The notes under the pieces: model-generated
Seen by the model: only the letters and a program-made list of their open reading frames with translations
Told to the model about the DNA's origin: nothing
Database searches by the model: none
In this document: piece after piece, positions 1 through 6,861 of the stretch
How positions within the stretch are numbered: position 1 is the first letter of the stretch
How the letters are laid out: the number at the start of each line of letters is the position of its first letter
From: Parcubacteria group bacterium CG08_land_8_20_14_0_20_48_21
GTDB lineage: Bacteria > Patescibacteriota > Patescibacteriia > UBA1544
Direction: 5' to 3'
NCBI GenBank assembly: GCA_002774425.1
Contig: PEYJ01000022.1
Location: 1 to 43,456, forward strand
Length of the DNA: 43,456 nucleotides
Translations under genes and position numbers: made by a program

Positions 1-390
1 AAGGGCATTACCCCGATAAAAATAGTAGGAAGCTATGAGGAGGCCCCCGACCATACCTAGAAGTCCCCAGAGAAATTTTATTTTTACTACCTTGCGCAGT
101 GAACCTTCAAACCCGAGCGAAACTGATCGGGAAAGAGCCGTATTCATTCCGGTGAGCGTCGTAACGCCTAAAATACCGACAAAAGAAATGATATACTTAT
201 ACGCGCCGTAGCTTTCCTTGGACAAGAGATTGGCAAAAGCGATGGACAGGGCAAGCGAGGTTGCCATACCCACCACTTTATTAAAAGAAAGCCAAAAACC
301 TCCATGCGTTAAATACACCATGTCCGTTTTGGTGTATTTTTCGCTCCAGCGGAGAAGGGTGTAGAGTTTGTTACGAAGGTGGCGGATCAT
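1..390 (-). CDS. Wzx-like polysaccharide/oligosaccharide flippase, N-terminal part (gene continues past the left edge)
   Basis: This ORF is absent from the track because it is open at the window edge. The reverse complement from ATG 390-388 reads MIRHLRNKLYTLLRWSEKYTKTDMVYLTHGGFWLSFNKVVGMATSLALSIAFANLLSKESYGAYKYIISFVGILGVTTLTGMNTALSR... with no stop down to position 1. The hydrophobic helices and the ESYGxY pattern are typical of the N-terminus of Wzx-type polysaccharide biosynthesis proteins. Confidence 0.5.
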   Translation of the reverse strand, partial: MIRHLRNKLYTLLRWSEKYTKTDMVYLTHGGFWLSFNKVVGMATSLALSIAFANLLSKESYGAYKYIISFVGILGVTTLTGMNTALSRSVSLGFEGSLRKVVKIKFLWGLLGMVGGLLIASYYFYRGNAL

Positions 391-399
391 GGAAACGGC

Positions 400-427
400 T
401 TGTATAAATATGGCAAATGCGTATACT
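400..427 (+). promoter_or_regulatory. sigma70-like promoter candidate TTGTAT-16 nt-TATACT in the flippase/sat divergent region
   Basis: TTGTAT lies at 400-405, followed by a 16-nt spacer and TATACT at 422-427. The site is about 130 nt upstream of the sat ATG. It is a sequence pattern only. Confidence 0.25.
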
Positions 428-554
428 TATCTCGTGTATCGCGTGGGAAAGAAAAATAACCTGCGTGAGGAAATGCTACCAACGAATCGTTAGTATCGGG
501 ACAGGGAAACATAACCGATAATATAACACTGGGAAACTACCATAAAAAAGATAA

Positions 555-1661
555 ATGAACAACAGAGATGCGCAAAACATATTTGGTCGGTATCCGCGCT
601 TACTGGTGACAGATGATGTGCTACAGGACGCGGCGCATATAGTTGAAGGATCCTACGCGCCGCTAACGGGTTTTTTGCGCGAACGTGACTATCTTTTCGT
701 GTTGGATTCCATGCGTCTTGCAAACGGCGCGGTATGGAGCCTGCCAACGGTCATTGCGCTTACCGATACTGAACGCGAATATCTTGCCGCTGCTTCGGCG
801 GTTGAAGTGGTAAACCGGCAAGGCGACGCGCGTGCCATCGTGCAAGATATTGAAATCTATCCGTATGACAGGGGAAAACAGGCACTGGCGGTGTTTGGCA
901 CAACGGACATGCGGCATCCTGGTGTCGCGCGATTATACCAACAGGGAAATTGGCTGCTGGGAGGTGTGGTTGCTACCGTTGAGCAACATAAGAAACCGTT
1001 TGCCGCTTTGGCGTATACGCCGGAACAAATGAAACAGCTCTTTGCGGAGCGTGGTTGGAAAACGATTGCGGCATTTCAGACGCGCAACGTACCGCATAGA
1101 AGTCACGAGTATCTGCAGCGTAAAGCATTGGAGGTTGTGGACGGATTGCTCGTGCATCCAGTGGTCGGCAAAAAGAAAACGGGAGATTTTACGGACGAGG
1201 CAATTGTTGGCGGATACGAGTTGTTGCTCACAAACCACTATACCCCCCGTACAACTGTATTAGGGGTGTTGCCACTTTCCATGCACTACGCTGGGCCGCG
1301 TGAGGCGGTGCACCACGCACTCATTCGCCGCAACTTTGGCTGTACACATATGATCATAGGACGCGATCACGCGGGTGTGGGATCATTCTATGACCCCTAT
1401 GCCGCGCATCGGATCTTTGAACGGTTTACACCGCAAGAATTAGGTATCGGCATATTGGCATATGAGAATGTACACCACTGCCGGTCGTGCAATGATTTGG
1501 TGTATGGCGAAACGTGCGGGCACGGACCGGGAAACCGAGAATTTTTAAGCGGGACGGCAATGCGGGAGATGGTGCAAAACAAACAGCGTATTCCGGAAAA
1601 ATTCATACGTGCTGAAATAGCGGAGTATTTATTGCGGCATGAGAATCCCTTTGTGCTATAG
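555..1661 (+). CDS. sat: Sulfate adenylyltransferase (ATP sulfurylase), single-domain form
   Basis: The 368-aa ORF carries QTRNVPHRSHEYL (the QxRNPxHxxH-type motif) and IGRDHAGVG, both diagnostic of ATP sulfurylase. It has no fused APS-kinase or GTPase domain. Confidence 0.9.
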   Translation: MNNRDAQNIFGRYPRLLVTDDVLQDAAHIVEGSYAPLTGFLRERDYLFVLDSMRLANGAVWSLPTVIALTDTEREYLAAASAVEVVNRQGDARAIVQDIEIYPYDRGKQALAVFGTTDMRHPGVARLYQQGNWLLGGVVATVEQHKKPFAALAYTPEQMKQLFAERGWKTIAAFQTRNVPHRSHEYLQRKALEVVDGLLVHPVVGKKKTGDFTDEAIVGGYELLLTNHYTPRTTVLGVLPLSMHYAGPREAVHHALIRRNFGCTHMIIGRDHAGVGSFYDPYAAHRIFERFTPQELGIGILAYENVHHCRSCNDLVYGETCGHGPGNREFLSGTAMREMVQNKQRIPEKFIRAEIAEYLLRHENPFVL

Positions 1662-1975
1662 ACACGAGTAACCACGCATACCAACACGAAGCATAACGCA
1701 TAGAGTGTATGAAAGTGGACATCTGCCTTGTATCTCCTCCTGCCTACTGGACATACAGGTCTCTCGCGCGCATGACAGGAGTGGCGTGAGAAGGACAAGA
1801 GAAAATATTTATACGCAATGCCCAATATGCGGACATCGTAAGACCACTGGACTTACGATGTCAAGGAGTGCATGAATTCCCGACTGTGCGGGAATGACCA
1901 AGAAGAAGTGTGGGAAGGACAAAATCTCATTTCCAGCAAGGTATTCATTATATACAAGCAGGTTACTACGTGAGT

Positions 1976-2524
1976 ATGGAAAGTGAAAAAAAATTTGTAC
2001 TTTGGTTGACGGGACTTTCGGGTGCGGGAAAGACGACGCTTGCGCAAAGATTGCGCCAACAACTCAATGGTAAGGAAACGCGTGTCGTCCACCATCTTGA
2101 CGGTGATGAGGTGCGCGCCGCGTCAAGAGAAAAGTTGGGATTCAGCAAGGAAGATCGGGACAAAAATATACATCTTGCGATTGGCTTGGCAAAGCAATAC
2201 CAGGAGCAAGGGCTTCACGTTATCGCGAGCTTTATCTCTCCCTATAAGGAACATCGGCAATGGGGGAGAGAGTGGTTGACAAACTACATTGAAGTATTTG
2301 TGCATGCTCCTCTTGAAGTGTGCGAAGAACGTGATACCAAAGGCATGTACAAAAAAGCACGCCAAGGGGCAATTGCGCACTTTACGGGCATTGACGATCC
2401 GTATGAAGAGCCGGAGTCGCCTGATATTCACCTGCGGACGGATATTTTAACCGTTGACGAGTGTGTGAAAGAAATCCTGCAGTATCTTGAAGAGAGGGAG
2501 TACGAAGTACGGAGCGAGGAGTGA
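1976..2524 (+). CDS. cysC: Adenylylsulfate (APS) kinase
   Basis: The protein has the P-loop LTGLSGAGKTTLA plus LDGDEVR, SFISPY and KGMYKKARQGAIAHFTGIDDPYE, which are the canonical APS kinase blocks. The track ORF opens at 1910. I prefer ATG 1976 (MESEKKFVLWLTG...). Confidence 0.9.
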   Translation: MESEKKFVLWLTGLSGAGKTTLAQRLRQQLNGKETRVVHHLDGDEVRAASREKLGFSKEDRDKNIHLAIGLAKQYQEQGLHVIASFISPYKEHRQWGREWLTNYIEVFVHAPLEVCEERDTKGMYKKARQGAIAHFTGIDDPYEEPESPDIHLRTDILTVDECVKEILQYLEEREYEVRSEE

Positions 2525-2592
2525 AAAATATGGATTCCCCGTTTGAACGGGAGAATAACAGAGGGAGGCGCGGGGATGACAGACAAGTCGTG

Positions 2593-2978
2593 TTAGGTGT
2601 TTCGTGATTCGTAGTATTTCCGGTACCATGCAATAAACTTCGGCACCCCGACTGCTACAGGCGTGGTGGAGCGGTAGGCGAGCATGTGTTGCGCTTTGGA
2701 AATATCCGCGCTTGACTTTGGCACGTCGCCCAACGGCATGGGCAGAAGTTTGCGCTCCGCTTTTTTATTGAGAGATTTTTCTATGGCCGTGATATACGAT
2801 TCCAAAGGAACGCTTTTGCCGTACCCCAGATTAAACACTATCGGTTTCTTTTGAGCAGGGTGTCGTAGTAGTCGTTAAAATTATCAATACCGACTACCGT
2901 ATACCCTTCGTCAAGCAGTTTGCGCGCCGCATGAAAGCCGATGAACCCCGCAATACCGGTTATAAAAATAGTTTGCAT
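2593..2978 (-). pseudogene. Remnant of an NAD-dependent sugar epimerase (UDP-glucuronate 4-epimerase-like) with a large internal deletion and a frameshift
   Basis: The reverse complement from ATG 2978 gives [46 protein letters not shown] followed by TAG at 2840-2838. This is a Rossmann GxxGxxG N-terminus of only 46 aa. In another frame, from GTG 2838, the sequence reads FNLGYGKSVPLESYITAIEKSLNKKAERKLLPMPLGDVPKSSADISKAQHMLAYRSTTPVAVGVPKFIAWYRKYYE, which is the typical last ~80 aa of this family. The central ~200 aa, including the catalytic Ser/Tyr-x3-Lys region, is absent. Confidence 0.7.
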
Positions 2979-3013
2979 AGAGATTTTGAACGGAGAGTGG
3001 GGAATAGAGGATA

Positions 3014-4432
3014 TTATTGTCCCGATCCTTGCATTACCACTTTAATGGTTTTTAAGAGAATCGTCAGGTCCAGTATGAGTGATCGGTTTTTAATGTAGTA
3101 CAAATCATACTGCAGTTTTTCAAGCGCATCCGCTTTTGAAGCTCCGTAGGGAAAATTTATCTGCGCCCAGCCGGTTAACCCCGGTTTTACCAAATGCCGC
3201 TCCTGATAATAGGGTATGTCTTTCGTCAGTTCTTGCACAAATTCCACGCGCTCGGGGCGCGGGCCGACAAAACTCATCTCGCCCCGCAAGATATTGATGA
3301 GCTGGGGAATCTCATCAACGCGCATCTTACGCAGGAACCTGCCGACACGCGTCGCGCGCGGATCATTCTTTTGCGCCCACTGCGGCCCGTGTCTTTCAGC
3401 ATCTATGTACATCGTGCGGAACTTCATCGCAAGAAATTTTCTGCCGTTCTGCCCGATGCGCCATTGGGTGAAGAATGCTGGACCGGGGGATGTTGTTTTA
3501 ATGGCGAGGAGAATGAGGGGAATAAAAGGCAATGAGATGACGGCAAGTACGAAGCTGCCCGCGATATCAAATGCGCGCTTGAAGAGTTCGTACAATCTTT
3601 TTGATCCTTCCGTAAGATTATGCAAAAACCACGCCTGGCCAATGGCGCTCACGTGCACTTTGCCGGTAACCATTTCGGAAAAAGCGGTTGAATCAATAAA
3701 TACAAAACGCTGTGCCAATGCCTGGTAGAGCGCTTCGCGGAAAGCGTGGTGGGTGTCATCCGGAAAGTGCATGACTACGGTTTTGATATTATGCCGAAGG
3801 ATCGCGGGCACAAGTCCCGCGGGGTTGGTAATGCGCAGCACGTCATGATCATCGGGCGCTACGCTCCGCGTATGGAAACTTCCTATGAGTGCAAGACGGT
3901 AGCCAAGCTGGGGATTTGCGCGAATGGTGTCAAACATTTCCAGTGAAGAGGGGATGGATCCAACGTAAGCGAGCGGACGCAGAAACGCCTGCGCCGCGAT
4001 CAGGCGGGAAAAAACAACTCTCCACGCGTACCAGGCAATGCCGAACAGCACCACATTAAGCAAGAGGATGGTTTGCGGCGAGAGTAGGGTAAAACGTCCT
4101 TTGGCAAAATAGAAAAACGCCGCCGCAACAAGGGTGTTGAACGCAAGGGTGTTGATAAAAGTTGCGGCTAAGCTCCGCTGCGGCCAAATTTTTGCAAGGT
4201 CATAGAGACCGACGCTGTAGAAACTCACCAGCCATACCGCATAGATGGCGGTAAAAAGTATCGCGTGTGCTTGCCATACATCCCAGGAGGGAAGTGAAAA
4301 ACGGCGAAAAGTCAGCGCAAGCGTAAGCGTCGCATAGAGGAGCGCCACATCGCCCAGAAGCAGGAGCAATTGTTTGAGATAGAGTCGCCGCATAGATGCA
4401 GCCAGTATAGCAATGCGGCGAAAGTAAGACAA
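3014..4432 (-). CDS. Polyprenyl-phosphate sugar-1-phosphate transferase (WbaP / bacterial sugar transferase family), glycan-initiating enzyme
   Basis: The N-terminal region is multi-TM. The C-terminal block reads [62 protein letters not shown]...[38 protein letters not shown], characteristic of this family. The track start at 4432 is TTG and the first ATG is at 4393. Confidence 0.85.
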   Translation of the reverse strand: MSYFRRIAILAASMRRLYLKQLLLLLGDVALLYATLTLALTFRRFSLPSWDVWQAHAILFTAIYAVWLVSFYSVGLYDLAKIWPQRSLAATFINTLAFNTLVAAAFFYFAKGRFTLLSPQTILLLNVVLFGIAWYAWRVVFSRLIAAQAFLRPLAYVGSIPSSLEMFDTIRANPQLGYRLALIGSFHTRSVAPDDHDVLRITNPAGLVPAILRHNIKTVVMHFPDDTHHAFREALYQALAQRFVFIDSTAFSEMVTGKVHVSAIGQAWFLHNLTEGSKRLYELFKRAFDIAGSFVLAVISLPFIPLILLAIKTTSPGPAFFTQWRIGQNGRKFLAMKFRTMYIDAERHGPQWAQKNDPRATRVGRFLRKMRVDEIPQLINILRGEMSFVGPRPERVEFVQELTKDIPYYQERHLVKPGLTGWAQINFPYGASKADALEKLQYDLYYIKNRSLILDLTILLKTIKVVMQGSGQ

Positions 4433-4441
4433 GGATACATC

Positions 4442-4470
4442 TTGCTCTCACGGTGATTGTACGGTATACT
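4442..4470 (+). promoter_or_regulatory. sigma70-like promoter candidate TTGCTC-17 nt-TATACT upstream of the Wzy_C/TPR gene
   Basis: TTGCTC lies at 4442-4447, followed by a 17-nt spacer and TATACT at 4465-4470. The site is 43 nt upstream of ATG 4513 and overlaps the 17-mer that recurs at 17639. Confidence 0.35.
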
Positions 4471-4512
4471 GCATAGCACGAGATACGATACTCCCCATAC
4501 TCCAAACGGTAC

Positions 4513-6861
4513 ATGCCCCGCCTTTTTGCAACAAAATCAACATCCGAATCCTTACTCGTGTACCTGGTATTCGGATTCTTACTCGCCGCACTGTTTACCC
4601 CACTCATTTTTAGCGGCAAGTTTTTTTTTCCTTATATTTTTTCCAAAGCGTACTATTTTCGCATTTTTGTTGAGCTCGCTCTTGTTGCCTACGTGTGGCT
4701 GCTTGCCACCGCACCGCAATGGAAGCCAAGAATTTCATGGGTATGGCTTGCCGTTACAGGGTACGTGGCGGTAGCGTATCTCGCCAGTATATTCGGCATA
4801 AATTTCCATAGGAGTTTTTGGAGCAATGCGGAGCGCAGCGAAGGATTGCTGATGTTAACGCACGTATGGCTGTATTTTACGCTACTCCATGCGCTCTTGC
4901 GCACGAGAGATCAATGGAGAGTTTTTTTTCATACGGCGCTTGGCGTGGCGTTTTTGGCGACCATATACGCACTGGATCAAAAATGGCAGGTGTTCATCCC
5001 GCAGCTCAATAAAATTTTCCAAAGCCTCGGCTTGAGTACGCATTTGAGTTTGGCGCAGGCGGGAACGGATAGATTAACAAGTACCATCGGCAACGCGGCT
5101 TTCTTTGCCGCGTACCTGCTTTTGAATATCGTACTTGCCGCGTATGTGTTCTTTTACCACCAAGGCAAGATTTGGCTGCGCGCAGTGTACGGAGCAGTGC
5201 TGGCTTTTTTCATACTCATTCTCTTTTATACGGCAACCCGTGGCGCGATTCTCGGTCTTCTGGGTGGTGTATTCTTGTATAGCTTTGCGCTACTGGCGCT
5301 CCACGCGAATAAAAAAATGCGCGCAGCGGGAGCGGCGGTGCTCTGTGCCATACTTTTGTTTGGCGCTGCTGTTTGGACGGCAAAGGATACGGCATTTGTA
5401 CAAAATACCCTGGCTCTGCAACGCCTCACCTCTATTTCGCTGACCGATCCTACCACCATTTCGCGTCTTGCCACTTGGAAAGCGAGCTGGACGGCGTTCA
5501 CCGAGCATCCGATCCTAGGCATTGGCTACGAAAACTATCGTGTTGCGTTTAATAAACATTTCCCCATCACCTTGTATGATATCCGAGCTGAACAGTGGTT
5601 TGACCGCGCGCATACTATCATTTTTGATATTCTTGTTACGAGCGGTATTACGGGTTTTATCGCGTATGCGAGTATTTTTTGCGCCGTTTTTTGGTCATTA
5701 AGGAAACTCGTACGAGATACGGAAAGTGCGCAAACGGCATACGGCGCACTGATTCTCGTCGCGGGTCTTGCCGCGTATGTCGCGCAAAATTTATTCGTAT
5801 TTGATACACTGCCAACGTATATGATATTTTTTGCGATTCTTGCCTATGTGGGATCGCAGACACCCCTCCAGGAAAACGACAGGATCACGCAGCGCTTCGC
5901 GGCTTTTGTAGATTCCGTCAAGCGTTTTACGCCAAAACCCCATCCGGTCATTCTGGCAGGTGTGGTAACTATTGTCGTCTTTTGGGTGCATGTGCAGGTC
6001 AATATACTTCCCGCGCGCGCCAACAGAGCTTTGGCGCAGGCGATCATGGAACAGTCAAACGGCAAGTATGCAGATGCCTTACGGCATTTCAGAGAGAGTA
6101 TGGCGCTGGATACCAATCAACAATATGAAGTGCGACAGCGCTTCAGCGAGTTTTTGTTATCCAATAATTTGGATCAGCGGTTTACGCAAGAAGAGATCGC
6201 GCAACTCTACAAGGAAGGGACTGATGCCCTGGAGCAGAATATAACCGCGTATGGAGATGATATGCAGCATCACGCGTATCTCCTGTCGCTCTACGAACGC
6301 GCCGTAAACGCTGACCCATCCTATCTGGAGAGAGCGATTGCTGTCGGTGAAGAAGCGATTGCCAAAAGCCCAACGCGCCCGCACACGTATTTTACGCTCG
6401 CGCGGCTGGAAGCCCGCACCGGAACGGATGCGGGAAAACAGCGCGCCCTTGAGCTCATGCACGAAGCGGCGGCGCTCTCGCCGCAGAATCCCGAAATGTA
6501 CCTGAATCTCATACATATTGACCTTGTGCTCGGTCTTACCAATCAGGCGGAAGCGGATTATCAGCAGCTTACCGAACTTACGCAGTGGCGGCAATCACCT
6601 GGCAGCATGCGCAAACTCGCCGAACTCTACATATTCTACAAAAACTATCATCGGGCCATTGAGCTCTATCAAGATGCGGTTGCCACAGGGCATGAGCAAT
6701 CTCAAGATCATATACGCCTCGCGGCGCTCTATTATGAAACGCAGCAACTTGCCGAAGCAAAAGCTGCAGCGGTGCGGGCGGCGGAGCTGGATGCGGCGCT
6801 TGCCAAAGAAACCGCCGCGTTCATTGCCCAAATAGACCAAGTATTGGAAACCTCTCCATGA
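4513..6861 (+). CDS. O-antigen ligase/polymerase family (Wzy_C-like) polytopic membrane protein with a C-terminal TPR-repeat domain
   Basis: The 782-aa protein has more than 10 hydrophobic segments and the loop YTATRGAILGLLGG typical of Wzy_C proteins. The C-terminal ~300 aa is soluble and helical-repeat (ALDTNQQYEVR..., PSYLERAIAVGEEAI..., PEMYLNLIHIDLVLG..., YHRAIELYQDAV...). Its stop overlaps the next start as ATGA at 6858-6861. Confidence 0.7.
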   Translation: MPRLFATKSTSESLLVYLVFGFLLAALFTPLIFSGKFFFPYIFSKAYYFRIFVELALVAYVWLLATAPQWKPRISWVWLAVTGYVAVAYLASIFGINFHRSFWSNAERSEGLLMLTHVWLYFTLLHALLRTRDQWRVFFHTALGVAFLATIYALDQKWQVFIPQLNKIFQSLGLSTHLSLAQAGTDRLTSTIGNAAFFAAYLLLNIVLAAYVFFYHQGKIWLRAVYGAVLAFFILILFYTATRGAILGLLGGVFLYSFALLALHANKKMRAAGAAVLCAILLFGAAVWTAKDTAFVQNTLALQRLTSISLTDPTTISRLATWKASWTAFTEHPILGIGYENYRVAFNKHFPITLYDIRAEQWFDRAHTIIFDILVTSGITGFIAYASIFCAVFWSLRKLVRDTESAQTAYGALILVAGLAAYVAQNLFVFDTLPTYMIFFAILAYVGSQTPLQENDRITQRFAAFVDSVKRFTPKPHPVILAGVVTIVVFWVHVQVNILPARANRALAQAIMEQSNGKYADALRHFRESMALDTNQQYEVRQRFSEFLLSNNLDQRFTQEEIAQLYKEGTDALEQNITAYGDDMQHHAYLLSLYERAVNADPSYLERAIAVGEEAIAKSPTRPHTYFTLARLEARTGTDAGKQRALELMHEAAALSPQNPEMYLNLIHIDLVLGLTNQAEADYQQLTELTQWRQSPGSMRKLAELYIFYKNYHRAIELYQDAVATGHEQSQDHIRLAALYYETQQLAEAKAAAVRAAELDAALAKETAAFIAQIDQVLETSP

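Noticed and set aside
1709-1789. A 26-codon ORF (MKVDICLVSPPAYWTYRSLARMTGVA) lies in the sat-cysC spacer. Its start is reminiscent of B12-binding/radical-SAM protein N-termini.
   Set aside because: It is too short and the resemblance rests on a few residues. I cannot distinguish a gene remnant from chance without database comparison. It is mentioned only as context for the spacer finding.
4433-4474. ATG 4474 (minus strand, MQYTVQSP) is in frame with the wbaP-like ORF but separated from it by a TGA. This could hint at TGA recoding, as in genetic code 25 or code 4.
   Set aside because: Many well-supported genes in this window end at TGA with normal lengths, including cysC, the Wzy_C/TPR gene and the CDP-alcohol transferase. 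Homology-consistent protein lengths fit the standard code. The short ORF is better explained as part of the repeated promoter motif.
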